Positions 1 through 13,709 of a DNA stretch of 64,000 nucleotides are shown here, one piece after another. Numbering within the stretch: position 1 is the first letter of the stretch; every line of letters starts with the position of its first letter. The notes beneath the pieces are model-generated. The model saw only the letters and a list, made by a program, of their open reading frames with translations, made no database searches and was not told the DNA's origin. The position numbers were made by a program, and so were the translations under genes. This stretch comes from Mobula hypostoma. Taxonomy: Eukaryota. The DNA is taken from positions 60,390,001-60,454,000 of the forward strand of contig NC_086097.1 of NCBI RefSeq assembly GCF_963921235.1. Reading direction: 5' to 3'.

Positions 1-2428
1 TGTTCGTGATTGGACCATGATTCCGTAAATGCCCATAGATCCTATCTCTAAGAATCTTTCCAACAGCTTTCCCACCACAGATGTAAGGCTCACTGGTCTA
101 TAATTATCCGGACTATCCCTACTACCTTTTTTGAACAAGGGGACAACATTCGCCTCCCTCCAATCCTCCAGTACCATTCCCGTGGACAACAAGGACATGA
201 AGATCCTAGCCAGAGTCTCAGCAATCTCTTCCCTCACCTTGTGGAGCAGCCTGGGGAATATTCCATCAGGCCCCGGGGACTTATCCGTCCTAATGTATTT
301 TAACAGCTCCAACACCTCCTCTCCCTTAATATCAACATGTTCCAGAACATCAACCTCACTCATATTGTGCTCATCATCATCAAGTTCGCTCTCATTGGTG
401 AATACCGAAGAGAAATATTCATTGAGGACCTCACTCACTTCCACAGCCTCCAGGCACATCTTCCCACCTTTATCTCTAATCGGTCCTACCTTCACTCCTG
501 TCATCCTTTTTTTCTTCACATAATTGAAGGATGCCTTGGGGTTTTCCTTTACCCGACCCACCAAGGCCTTCTCATGCCCCCTTCTTGCTCTTCTCAGCAC
601 CTTCTTAAGCTCCTTTATTGCTTCCCTATATTCCTCAATAGACCCATCTGATCCTTGCTTCCTAAACCTCATGTATGCTGCCTTCTTCCACCTGACTAGA
701 TTTTCCACCTCACTTGTCACCCATGGTTCCTTCACCCTACCATTCTTTATCTTCCTCACCGGGACAAAGTTATCCCTAACATCCTGCAAGAGATCTCTAA
801 ACATTGACCACATGTCCATAGTACATTTCCCTGCAAAAACATCATCCCAATTCATACCTGCAAGTTCTAGCCTTATAGCCTCATAGCCTCATAATTTGCC
901 CTTCCACAATTAAAAATTTTCCTGTCCTCTCTGATTCTATCCTTTTCCATGATAATGCTAAAGGCCAGGGAGCGATGGTCACTGTGCCCCAGATGTTAAC
1001 CCACTGAAAGATCTGTGAGCTGACCCGGTTCATTACATAGTACTAGATCTAGTATGGCATTCCCCCTAGTCGGCCTGTCAACATACTGTGACAGGAATCC
1101 ATCCTGGACACACTTAACAAACTCTGCCCCATCTAAACCCTTGGAACTAATCAGGTGCCAATCAATATTAGGGAAGTTAAAGCCACCCATGATAACAACC
1201 CTGTTATTTTTGCACCTTTCCAAAATCTTCCTCCCAATCTGATCCTCTGTATCTCTGCTGCTACCAGGGGGCCTATAGAATACCCCCAATAGAGTAACTG
1301 CTCCCTTCCTGTTCCTGACTTCCACCCATACTGATGCAAAAGAGGATCCTGCTACATTACCCACCCTTTCTGTAGCTTAATAGTATCCCTGATCAGTAAT
1401 GCTACCCCTCCTCCCCTTCCCCCTCCCCCATCCCATTTAAAGTACTGAAATCCAGGAATATTGAGAATCCATTACTGCCCTGGTGCCAGCCAAGTCTCTG
1501 TAATGGCCACTACATCATAATTCCATGTATGTATCCAAGCTCTCAGTTCATCACCTTTGTTCCTGATGCTTCTTGCACTGAGGTACACACATTTCAGCCC
1601 TTCTACCTTACTACCTTTACACTGTTTATTCTGCTTCTCTTTGCTCAAAGCCTCTCTATATGTTAGATCCGGCTTTACTCCATGCACTTTGTTCACTGCT
1701 CTATCGCTCTGGGTCCCATCCCCCATGCAAATTAGTTTAATCTCTCCTGAACCATGCTAGGAAACCTACCTGGAAGGATATTGCTCCTCCTCGAGTTCAG
1801 GTGCAACCCATCCAATCTGTACAGGTCCCACCTTCCCCAGAAGAGATCCCAATGGTCCAAAAATCTAAAACCCTGCTCCCTGCACCAACCCCTCAGCCAC
1901 GCATTCAACTGCCATCTCCTCCAATTCTTACAATCACTGTCACGTAGCACTGGCAGCAATCCTGAGAACACCACCCTTGAGGTCCTGTTCTTCAGCCTTC
2001 TGCCCAGTTCCCGAAACTCACACTTCAGGACCTCATCCCCCTTCTTGCCTATGTTGTTGGTCCCTACATGTATCACGACTTCTGGTTGCCTTCCCTCTCG
2101 TACCAAGACGTCGTGCACCCGGTCAGAGACATCCCGGACCCTGGCACCCGGGAGGCAACAGACCATACGGGTGTCCTTCTCACGTCCACAAAATCTCCTG
2201 TCTGCTCCAGCTCTCCTCTTCTCTGTCCCAACCTTTTGCACGAATAGGTCAGACTCAGTGCCAGAGGCCCTGCCACCATGGCTCACACCTGGTTGGTCGT
2301 CCCCGCCAACAGTATCCAGGACAGTAAACTTATTATTCAGGGGAATGGCTAAAGGGGTGCTCTGCACTGCTTGTCTGCTCACCTTCGCTTCCCCCCCTCT
2401 GACTGTCACCCAACGACCTGCTTCCGAC
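1..2428 (-). mobile_element. CR1-clade LINE, degraded (ORF1 esterase and ORF2 endonuclease/linker); runs off the window start
   Basis: Minus-strand ORFs show SGNH-esterase ORF1 motifs (VVIHVGTNNIG, FLDHWDLFWGRWDLYRLDGLHLN) and APE endonuclease motifs (YLSARSIRNK, VAITETWL, GVFYRPP, MGGFNFPNIDW, PTRGNAILDLVL), broken by stops and frameshifts. Confidence 0.92.
1732..2428 (-). pseudogene. CR1 ORF1 SGNH/GDSL esterase-like domain remnant
   Basis: C-terminal part of ORF 1732..2511: CLPGARVRDV, HVGTNN, DGLHLN; block-I GDS motif absent. Confidence 0.85.
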
Positions 2429-3203
2429 AGATGCAGATGACAGTGTGTTAATTGCAAGTACGGATGAAGAACTACAAAACTTAGTATATATAATTGTTGA
2501 AGAAAGTGCAAAAATGGGTCTATCTATCAATTGCAAAAAGACAGAATGTATGGTGATATCCAAAAAGAAGAAGAATCCTATCTGCAGGCTGAGAATAAAC
2601 GGGGAAGACATAAAACAAGTACAGAACTTTTGCTACTTAAGAAGCTGGGTGACATCAGATGGCAGGTGCGACTTGGACATCAAAAGAAGAATAGGGATGG
2701 CAAAAGACACCTTTATGAGAATGAAGAGTATACTGAACTAGGCATGACAACCCACCTCAGAGAACTGAAATTTTATGTTTATCCAGTTATGTTACATGGC
2801 TCAGAATGTTGGACAATATCTAGTAACATAAGGAAACAAATTGTAGCAGCAGAAATGTGGTTTTTGAGGAGGATGCAAAGAATATCATGGAAGAAACGGA
2901 TCTATAACGAGGATGTCATGAACAGAGCAAACACAAAAAGAAATAATGTATGAGATCATGAAAAGGCAAAATAACTTCATTGGACATGTGATTAGGAAAG
3001 AGAAGTTGGAATGCACGGTAATTATGGGAAAGATTGAAGGGAAGAAAGCAAGAGGAAGACAAGACAAATGATGATGGAGACAGCAGCCAGAGAATTGAAA
3101 ATGAATACCAGTGAATTGATCCACTTGACCTGAAATAGATGTGTGTGGGCCATGGCAGTCAAAGCTCAAACTGGGACATTGCACCTGATGATGATGATGA
3201 TGA
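2429..3203 (+). mobile_element. RTE-clade LINE, 5'-truncated, with (TGA)n tail
   Basis: Starts at the ADD motif of RT; GLSINCKKTECM, IKRRIGMAK, YPVMLHGSECW, AAEMWFLRRMQRISW; ends gcacc(tga)n; second copy at 40699-41748. Confidence 0.9.
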
Positions 3204-4649
3204 ATATAACAATATTTAGAGAGTTGTGTTACTAATGGCAACAGGAGCCTCTGCCATCCCCATTGTTGATCACAGCAGTGACTCACCTCTTGGCTTGAGG
3301 TGGAGAGGCTGCACTAAGAGCTCATGTTACATGGACTGCAATGTTCACTGTGCATCTTCAGTCAGAGATTCAGTTCTCAGGACTTTAGCTGAACTGACAT
3401 GGTGAACGCAGACAATTGCTGGGACAGGCTCGGCTCTTCCCAGCCCAATGAGCCTGTTACTGTAAGGAATTCTCTGGCCTGGGGAATGTCTTCATCCAGA
3501 CAAAGACAGGGGGTGACAGCAGCCCCACCACAAATAACAGAATGTATAAGGCCAGGGGATCATAATGGTCAGTCCACTCATGGAGCAGTCACTGGCAATC
3601 CTCAGTGATGGTTCACCATGTGAATCTCTGCATCTCAGTGCAAAACAGCTACAGTGATTATCGCAGCCCATCTGACACTAGCCCCTAGGTACAGCATCTT
3701 CAAGCTGAGCTGTTGGCAATTGCTTGAGACCATCAGCAGAGAGCTTAGACTCGAGTCAGATTTACAGCATCTAGGCTCCTGGCAACACATCATGCACAGT
3801 GGCGGGGCGGGGGGGGGGGGAGTGGGAAGGATTCACATAAGTGTCTTGGCACCACAGCAGTGGGAAAACAGGCATTCCTGGTATGGTCACATGCAGCCAA
3901 AGTTGATCTCTGTCCTTAGAGAATTTTCAGACCTTTGAGTGTTTGGAAATTTGGAACAGGAGCTTTAGAACAAATCAGTACTCTGCAAGGTAGTGCTTAT
4001 AGGGTACTGGTTCAGTTTTAGGCAGTTTTTATGCTACATGTCAATGACATAGAAAAGAAACAGTTTTGATTAGTACAATGGTGAGCAAAATTGCTATTCT
4101 TTTAACTTATACTCCATTTGCTTTTCTTGTGCTCTGAGACATTTTTAAAGCCAGCATCTGGTTAGCAGCCTTAGATCTAAGTAACTACCATACTCAGTCA
4201 CCACTTACCTCACTGGTCAGTCATTCTGATTGTTGTTCCATTAGTTCATTTCAAATGCAAACAGCAAGCAGAAGTTTTCCAATAATAATGATGTGAAGAG
4301 GTGACATAATGGAGACAGGGAGGAGTCTTTGAAGTCAAATTGTAATTGAATTCATATTGTGCAGAATCCAAATAAAGAATATTTTCTACAAGCATCAATA
4401 CTGAGCTGACATGGAATGTGGAAAGTTTTTTCTTCAAGTATGAAGTTTCAGTTTGATAAATAATTGAATTTGGGCATTAGAAGAAACATTGCTTCAAACA
4501 GTAATCATCTCAGGAACTTAAAGTTATTTAACACAATAAAGATTGAACTGGATTTTGCTTTTTTTAAATCCAGGACATCCATGTCAAATGTGTGAGTCAC
4601 TAAGTTATTTGGGAATCATAAAATGGCCAGTCCATAGGTTGTGGAATCC

Positions 4650-4800
4650 ATTCAGTGTTGAGGTGAATAGGTCATCCATGCTGGTTCAGAAGCCTGATGG
4701 CTGAACTGTTCTTGAACTAGGTGTTGTGGGACATAATGCTCCTTTACCTCCTTCCTGATGGCAGCAGCAAGAAGAGAGCATGGCCTGATGGTAGAGTTCC
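4650..4800 (-). mobile_element. Rex1/Babar-type LINE 3' fragment, degraded
   Basis: Similar to the cctgatggcagcagcaagaagagagcatggcc segment of other Rex-type copies in this window. Confidence 0.55.
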
Positions 4801-5582
4801 AATAATGTGTCAAGAAGTCTCCTTGAAAACTATTCCATGTCATCTGGATCCTCAACCAAATGCCAGAATTGTTACAACGATATTGATGGTCCAGTTTGAA
4901 ATTACCCTCTATGCTCTGGTTGCTGACGTGTGCTGAGAATTTGCTGCTCATAAATAGATACAGCAACTTCCTTGTCTAGATTGCGTTGGTAACATGGATC
5001 CCATGGCAGTCTACAGCATAACATTTCTCAATATAATGCCACATTGTTGCTGAGATCACTGACTGCAGCAAGGAAATAAATGCTTTATATTAGACATTGG
5101 AAAGTTTCCTTGACCAAGCATAACATGATAAACTGCTACTATGACATATAACTTGTGTACAAATTGTGATGTCCATAGATCCCTTGCTGCAATGTTCTTT
5201 TTTAACACCCGTATTTTACATTACAATGGATATAGCTTTGATAAGATGTCAGGTTGAGATCGTTGCATTTTTTTCTGAATTAATAAAAAAAGGCTAAACC
5301 TTAGCTTTTCTTTAAGAATATGTGCTAATGAAGCATAGTTGACATTGTTTTTAAGACATATCATTTGCACTATTTTAATTACACATGTCCCAGAGCAGTC
5401 AAAATAAACTGGGAATTTACAGTGAGTCTAATAGTGCTCCATTAAATGTCTCAGACTCATTTGGTGACGTCTCCCATGGGACAAAGTGTCCTACATATGT
5501 AGCTTGAGCTGGCACACTGCTGTTCCCTGATATCAGCATATAGATTGCAGTGGAGCAGCTATGTAATTATCTTTAGACTTTC

Positions 5583-6276
5583 ATTAAGCCAGAGCTAGTC
5601 TTCAAACTAATTAAACCACTATATAATATAAAAATGGGTGAGAGTAAGAGTACTTCCTAAGATAATAACAAATAACTTAAGTTGTATGACTATGATGAGA
5701 AGCTGAGAATATACAACTGAGACTTCAAGTAACACCTACCTAATAATTAGGACAAACAATTGGCTCAGTGTGACATTGAGAAAATTCTCCGAAAGACTTG
5801 CTTCATGAAGTGCAATTTGCTGTTCAGATATCAATTTTAAAGAGTTAAGAGACAATGGACCTATCATTATCTGATAATGTCTGCATAATAACAGATCCCT
5901 TATCCCTGTAATAATCATCGGTGACAATCAACATGGTAACAAAATGTAAACTATATTACACATTGCTGAAAGTAATTCAGAATTTGGCTATCTGAGTGAA
6001 TTGGCCAAGAAATAGCAGGGAAGGAAGGAAACGGCCATTGGAAAGTAGAAGTGCTGTTCACTCCTGTTTCACAATTTATATTAATTAGCATATCGGAATA
6101 GATAACTAAATTTCAAAAATCTGCTGTCAGCCCCAAACTGATGGAGAATGTAACATAATAGATTAAGCCCCAAAAGAATTAAGCCGGAGCTAGTCTTCAA
6201 ACTAATTAAACTACTATATAATATAAAAATGGGCTATACTTTGAGGGAAGAGTACTTCCTAAAATAATGACAAATA
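5583..6276. repeat. Local direct duplication of about 90 bp (5583-5674 and 6178-6276)
   Basis: attaagcc(a/g)gagctagtcttcaaactaattaaac(c/t)actatataatataaaaatggg...agagtacttcctaa occurs twice, about 600 bp apart. Confidence 0.85.
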
Positions 6277-8424
6277 TATTTCAACACTCTGCATTGAATT
6301 TTGCCTTTATTCAATGAGAGATTATTTATTTATTGTGATACAATGCAGTCGGCCCTTCAGCCCCTTTGAGCCACCTTGCCCAGCAATCCCCACTTTAACC
6401 CTAGCCTAATCATTGGACAATTTACAATGGCCAATTAACCTACCAACCAGATCGCTAGTAATGTAAAGTGTTCTGCTAACTACTATGCTACTGTGCCATC
6501 ATAGAACACTGTAGAATAAACAGGAACACTTTAGAACATACAGAACTGGATAGGGTACAGGATGGTAAGTGCTTGGGCATATAAAGGAAAAAATCATTAA
6601 AAGCAGAGTCACAGAGTGCCAAAGAAATGAATAAGGCATAGTACCAATGGGGTATTATTTGTATGTCAAGATACACATGAGACTACATTAGAGGCATGCA
6701 ACCAACACAGACCTATTTCTAGCCACATAAAACAGAGTGAAAAACAAAGGAGAAAGTGCCAAAAGAAAACAAAGATGCTGCCAAAGCTGAGAAATTACAC
6801 CTATTGAGGATTTTTTATTAGTAAGCAAAAACTTAGAAGTGACCATATAGAGGTATTTATCACTAGGAGATGGCTAGCAAAAAAAAAAAAATCTTCTTGT
6901 AAAATATCAAAATTATGGAGAATGAATACTAATAAGTTGAAAAGGGACATTGAGAAAAGTTGTAACTCAGGGTACTTAAAATGCAATATTCATTTCCATA
7001 GGAAGTGATTCCGGTAAATAGACACCTTCTAACACAACCTAAACAATGACATGATGGAAACAGGAATAGAAAATGGACCTATAGATTAAATTCAGGCAAC
7101 GTGCATGGTGCAGACTTCTCTGGCATATAAACATCAAAGTCTGTGGGGGCAATATCTTGTTCCATGCTTTTTTGGAATTTGTTATGACAAAGAATTCTTA
7201 ATGTTGTTATGTTAATAAATAGTAAGTAGCTTGGTGAATTGAAATTCCCTCTTTGGAACAAATATGTGCAAATATATTTGAAATTTAAAAATAACATATT
7301 TCTCCGTACACGGTAGCTCAGTTTTTAATGTCAGGCTTGTTTTAAAAACAACATTAAAAATAAGATGAAAAAGTCATGACAGAATTTCTTCAGAACTCTT
7401 CTTGCCATAGGAAGTGATAAAAGACACCAACATTTCATTTTGTAGCATTCAGAAGTTTACAAAGAAGCCCTCTTCCCTCCACAGCATGTCATCATTGGAA
7501 TGGCTGATGAGAAACCCTCCTCTTTTGATGTGCTTTCACATGCATCTAAAATGCCTCTCTTTCCTGATCTTCCCAGTTTGAAATCCCCCAAGGTTCACAA
7601 AAGTTCAATTCACTCAGAGTCTCTGCCAAATATTTGCCTGAGGAGGCTGAGACATCAGCAGCATTAAGTGAGCTTTTATTCAGATAGACGCTCACATGAA
7701 TTGCCAGCCAGATTCGCCCCCCTTTCCCTTAACGATTTCCTGAGCTCAATAAGATATGGAGCTAAATTATAAACAATTTATTAGCACACCTGAATGAAAT
7801 TAATTTGCCAACTCTATTAGATCTTAAACTCCTAAAGTATATATTACTTATTGCAGATTTAAAGGGCATCAATTAGATCATAAGGTAAGCTTGTTAAAAA
7901 CAAACTATACTCCCACTGTAATAACTTTTATGGCTAATTATTTCCATGTTAGCAGCATTTTTCCCTTCACCAGAGCATCCTTGTGCAATTGCTTTCCATC
8001 AGCAACTTGCAGTCTAGGGTTCCAATTTAGATCTTAGTAGCCTTCTTCACCTTTCCTCCCAAACTGAGATATTCTAATTTTTAGTGATTGTAGTTTTCTT
8101 GTGGCAATTCCTTGGATTATAAACTTCAAATACATTCAGAAACCTTTCCCATGGAAATTTTGCAAAATATCTTTCTGAGTCTAGAAAAACTTTATGATGA
8201 ATGATTTTCCCAGTAAATACTGCAAGGAATTTAGGGAGTTTGTTAGCAAACTTGTGTTGCATCAGCCTAAATGTAGGACAAGCAGCATGGTGACTAGACA
8301 ATGACGGATAGTTATAATGAAGTTTCCTCTACTCTACAATTCCATATTCAATTGAATGTGACAATTTGCAAAATTTGCATTAAATTGCTTGGACTAAAGA
8401 TTTACCTCATTACTAACTGAGAGT

Positions 8425-8846
8425 TTTGGAGATAGCCAGTTCCATCATGGGTACAGAACTCACCACCAGTGAGGTAATTTACAGGAGCCAATTTCTCAGG
8501 AAGGTGGCAGCCATATCAGTGATCCCGTTATCTGGACCATGCCCTCTTCTTGATACTGTCATTAGGCCTGAAGACCCACATCTCAACGTTCAAAAATGAC
8601 TCCTTTCCATGACTGCTATCGTTCTTGAACTGACATGTAAAACTTACTTTGGACTATTTTTTTCACCATGTCATCATGTTCATTTTGCACATGTGTAAGT
8701 TATGTATAAATGTACGTTAATCCAAGTTTATGTTTGTCCTTGTGTCTTGTTCTAAGCTGCTGTTTCTGCTGCATAAAGCTAATTTTCATTGTATTTAATG
8801 TACGTCATATGAATCTAATACCTATGATAATGAACTTGAACTTGAG
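8425..8846 (+). mobile_element. Rex1/Babar-type LINE 3' end, degraded
   Basis: Resembles the 3' coding end and UTR of other Rex-type copies; ends in a (aacttg)n tail. Confidence 0.6.
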
Positions 8847-9469
8847 ATCACATGCAGATTTAAGCATTTCTGATTAAGTTACAGTATATGTAAAATAATA
8901 TAGTATCATGCATCATCAGAGTTAATGTTTAGGTTAATGATATTTCATTGAGACTGGGAAAGCTAAAAGATTTTAAAATACAGGGAAAGGTACAAAAGAT
9001 GCAGAATACAAAAAGATTGATTCAGATTTCCAGATTCAGTAGTATTTTGTTTGTGCTTGGACGCCATCTTGATCTAAGGATTATTGCTTAAGCTACTTGT
9101 AATCCTCGTTTCCCGTTTTCCTTACACAAAGGAGATCATTTTAGCCCACAGGGTTTGTAGCAATTCACAGAGCAACCTATGCCCCACAAATTTTCCTGTT
9201 GATACCTTTTCCATAAACTCTCTTCGGATTTGAATGTTTACCTATATACATGGCAGGCAATTTATAGTAGACAATTACAGCACTAACCTAATTTTATACA
9301 CAGCATCTCAATCCGATTTGGATTCCTTAACTAGTTATGCAAATAATCTCTTTTTCTAATCAACATAGTCTTCTTGTGCCCATAATAATATGGTGGATTG
9401 TTCTCCAACCTTCAATGAGTTTCCATATGACACATGTAGGGATTGGTTTAATGCCAGCAAAGTAGATGC

Positions 9470-9790
9470 TCTGCTGTTGAATTTCTGGGCTGATGTTCAG
9501 CACGGTATTGGGGAGTACTGCTTTGTCTAATGTCATAACTTCCAAGCAAGATGTTAAATTAACACATCCATCTTCATGCACAACCAAAAGTGATAAGTGT
9601 CACCAAATGTCTTGAAGAGAAGTAGAAGGTTCTCTGAGTATCCTTCCATCGTTTTTCCTGTTATTTTCAACAAAAGAACTAACTGTTCAATAATCACATA
9701 TCTCTACGTGGACCTTGCTGGCTGCTTTGTGTGTCAATATTAAATGCTAGACACTTCAAGGACAATATTTTGTCTAGGAAGCACTTCTAT
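9470..9790 (+). mobile_element. Old Deu-domain SINE-like remnant (SacSINE1/AmnSINE-like)
   Basis: Degenerate match to remembered Deu-domain motifs (cagcacggtattggggagtactgc...gatgttaaa...gaagagaagtagaaggttctc). Confidence 0.4.
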
Positions 9791-12204
9791 TTTTTAAATT
9801 TAATTAGATTTGGCTCCTCCATTTCACTTTGCATTTGATATCCTAACTACCTGTTCTCAAGGTCCATTTTCAGTCTACTCCGCACACTATGACCATGATC
9901 TCTCTTCATTTCAATCATTCATAGCTTGTTTTTCTTCACACAATGTACAAAACCTTGGAGAACTATGCACACTTGATCAAAAAGAGTATGGTAAAATTCT
10001 TTATAAATAAAATACACGTACTTAGCCAGCTAGCCTTCACTGCCCAGGATACCTGCAGTATTTTAATTAAGAAATAAAACTACTTTAGATTCATATGAAT
10101 TCCATGTAATTTACAATTATATACACTTACTTACTTTGACAAAATACATTAATATAATTAATGTCATGTGTTATTTATATTTTTTTCAATATCAGCTATC
10201 CTGTTTCTAATTATTGTATAATGGGTTTTACAGTAATTCATCTAGAAGCAGATGAGGCACCAGATTTATTTATTTATGCAACAGGGGTGAATAAGCTGCT
10301 CATACTTAATCATTTATTAATGCAACCACAGTGCTTTGCATGTGTAGATTTTATTTATTTATTTGTGCACTACAGTAAAGGTAGGAGAGAATTTTATTTC
10401 ATCATTTAGCATGTTGTTTCTTTCTCTATGTTTTTTTTTTCTTTTTAAAGAAGAAATACAAGAGAAGGTGCAGCGTTTTAATTTCAGTCATCAGTTCAGT
10501 GGTGTTGTTGATTGCAAATTGACTATTTTAGTTGCCTTCATCGTGGCTATTTTGTTTCTCACCTGAATTTGTGAAGTTAATACCTTGAGAGTGAGCCTTT
10601 GGAATGTGTTGCTGGATTACAATGTAGGATTGCTGAACTTACATAAGATACACGGTGCAGAAGCAGTCTCTGTCAGCATTCATGATCCAATCAGGCTTCT
10701 TCCTATTTTTCCCTCTCCTAAATGTATCAGCATAATCCTTGATTCCTTTTTACTCCCTCATATTGTTGTTTAGTCTCCTCTTACATGCATCCATTTTCGT
10801 CAATTCAGGTATTCTCAACGGCTTCAAGTTTATCAATCTCCCTACTGTGTACTTGTTACTGCTTTCTGCTTACATTAATCCAGTGCTCCTTTTGGCCTGC
10901 TTCCCTGCTGTCTGTGCCTGTTAGCAACCCATCTCCTTCTTGTATTTGTGATTTCTTTTTTCCTAATTATGAAAGAACACATATGGATGAGGAGGAGTGA
11001 AAGGCAGAGAGAACTTAATGTGAAAAAGTAAAGGAAAAGCAGGTGTATCTCTAAGTAGGAGCACAGCAGTCTGCAGATGTTGGAATCCCACCACGAGCTA
11101 TTTTAGACCCTTCAAAGCAGCCGGGAGCAAAGTACTACGTGGAGCTACAAAACTACGTGGTACTACAAAACTGACAGTGATTCTTTGACTTCAATAACAA
11201 TGCACACACTTCTGCGAACTTGCATTGCTTTAGAAGTCCAAAATAACCATCAAGTAGCAAAACACAACTTAGCTAGAATCCAAGTTGAGCCAGACTGGAA
11301 TCCCAGTCTTCATACCCCCAAGTGGTTTCAACAGTTTTCCATCACAACTGAGTAGTGAAGAATGTTACTAGACTTATCATGGATAGGCACAACATAGGAG
11401 AAAGGCTTCTTACATAAAAAGTGGTACCAAAAACCTCCAGTCAAATTAATTAGGAGGCACACTCAAATTAACAAGGAGAAATACTCTGGTTTCACAAGTT
11501 GGATCACACTAATATCTGTGACATATGAAAAACCACAAATACAAGTTCACACTGATGTTTACAATGTTGTAAAAATCATGATGAAGATTACCCTCACTCT
11601 CAGAGTCTTTGCTGAGATGTGTCACATATAAAACTTTGCTGTTCACTGCTGTATTATAGAAGCACAAAAATAAAATGAAACCACTGACCAAATGCAGAAC
11701 TTTTCTCAAGGTGGAGACATTTGCTCAAGGTGATTTTGTTTTTGCATTCATCTCTGAGAAATGGTTTATCAGGTCATGTCAAAGCCAAGGTCACCCTCAT
11801 TCTTTCAGAAAACTTGCAAATTGTCTCCACTGAGAAACGTTGTATTGCAGGGCTCCTAAAATTGTAGTCTTTATAAAGGGCATACATGCCTTACAGAAAA
11901 CTCCCCGTTGACACATCAAAGTGGACAACAAACTGAATTTTGCTCAGTAAATCTTCCTCCTGTGTCCATCATTCTTCAGAAGTTATGTTAATGTCTTGTT
12001 TTCATTTTCTAGGATTTTCCTATGTTATAATTTTATTAGGAACATATTACTTGTCAATACTATCCAGTGGCTGAATGAGCACTGATTGAGATATGATTGC
12101 TTCATAAGCTCAGAGCTATGAGAAAAATAATCATTTTAAGGCCTCCCCTTTTGTCAGCTGTCTTTATCCAGTTTTCTGCTGATTTCCATTCTGATGAAGC
12201 ATCA

Positions 12205-12495
12205 TCCAAGTGGGGCATAGATTTAAGGTGCTTGGAAGGAGGTACAAGAGGGATGTCAGAGGTAGGTTTTGCACACAGAGCGGTGGGCACATGGAATACA
12301 CTGCCAGCGATGGTGGTAGAGGCAGATACAATAGGGTAATTTAAGAGACTCTTAGATAGGTACATGGAGCTTAAAAAATACAGAGCTATGTGGTAGGAAA
12401 TTTTAGGCAGTTTCTAGAGTAGGTTAAATGGGCAGCACAATGTTGTGGGCCAAAGGGCCTGTAATGTGCTGAAGATTTCTATGTTCTATGTTCTG
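12205..12495 (+). mobile_element. CR1 LINE 3' end
   Basis: HRAVGTWNTLPAMVVEADTIG peptide, then 3'UTR and (ttctatg)n tail. Confidence 0.85.
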
Positions 12496-12805
12496 CTCCT
12501 GCTTCATTATTTCTGGGTTTTCTGGTGATTGATTTTCCAGGATGGGTCTGTTGAAACCCTCAAGGCACCTGATGACTGGGATTGAGCCAGCATATTTAAT
12601 GTTTACTTTGTAAAACTTTGTATGCATACAGCTGAGAATACAAAGGAAATGTGCCTGGTTCATTAAATACATTTACTTTAAGTTATCAGTGCCTGACCTT
12701 GTTAAGCAAATATTATGAAATTTGTTATATTTCCTTAATATATTGACTTAAATTCAGGTACTTGTGCCATCTCCAAGAAAAGAGATTTTAATCATCTAGT
12801 TTTAG

Positions 12806-13113
12806 ACATAGAACAGTACAGGCCCTTCGGCCCACAATGTTGTGCCGACCCTCAAACCCTGCCTCCCATATAAGCCCCCACCTTAAATTCCTCCATATAC
12901 CTGTCTAGTAGTCTCTTAAACCTTACGAGCGTATCTGCCTCCACCACTGACTCAGGCAGTGCATTCCACGCACCAACCAATCTCTGAGTAAAAAACTTTC
13001 CTCTAATATCCCCGTTGAACTTCCCACCCCTTACCTTAAAGCCATGTCCTCTTGTACTGAGCAGTGGTGCCCTGAGGAAGAGGCGCTGGCTATCCACTCT
13101 ATCTATTCCTCTT
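12806..13113 (-). mobile_element. CR1 LINE 3' end
   Basis: TRGHGFKVRGGKFNGDIRGKFFTQRLVGAWNALPESVVEA, the canonical CR1 ORF2 C-terminus. Confidence 0.9.
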
Positions 13114-13709
13114 ATTTGACATTCAGAATACACCTCTATCAACATCTGGGGTCATCACTGACAAGAACTTGTACTGGAGGAGTTGCATAAAAATGGAACA
13201 CATCAAAGACTGTATCCTGTATTCCTAGTTCCCCAAAATATTTCTATTTTCTACTATCTACAAACCACAAAACAGGTACAGGATGGAATACTTTCCACTT
13301 GCCTGGATGAGTTCAGGAAACTTGATTCCATTCAAGACAAAGCAGACCATTTCATGGATATCCTACCGTCAGTCAACAGTGGCTGCAGCATACCTTATTA
13401 TTGAATTGAACTGAGTTTACTCCTCCCACAGCACCTCCCTGACCCAGTAGCTCTACCACCAAGGAGGACAATGGTTTCCAATGTAAGAGACAACGCCGTC
13501 TATAGGTCCCCACCACCACCAAATTCATTCAACATCTTGATTCAGAAAAAAAGATCGCAAATTTTCATTGTCACTATATTAAATCCTGGAGCTCATAACC
13601 TAGAAGGAGTACAGTGGTTCAAGAATGCAGCGCGCTATCACTTTCCCAAGGGCAATTGTTGACAGGCAATAAATAATTGCATCATCAGCAATGATTCCTA
13701 GATTATTGA

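Noticed and set aside
1754..2440. 228-aa plus-strand ORF
   Set aside because: Antisense shadow of CR1 ORF1
1732..2511. 259-aa ORF as an intact gene
   Set aside because: N-terminus is antisense RTE sequence read across a TE junction; the rest is truncated CR1 ORF1
3801..3830. G-run that could form a G-quadruplex
   Set aside because: Simple homopolymer tract with no supporting context
11134..11172. 18-bp tandem duplication (actacgtgg..ctacaaa)
   Set aside because: Only two units, simple slippage; not a CRISPR-like array
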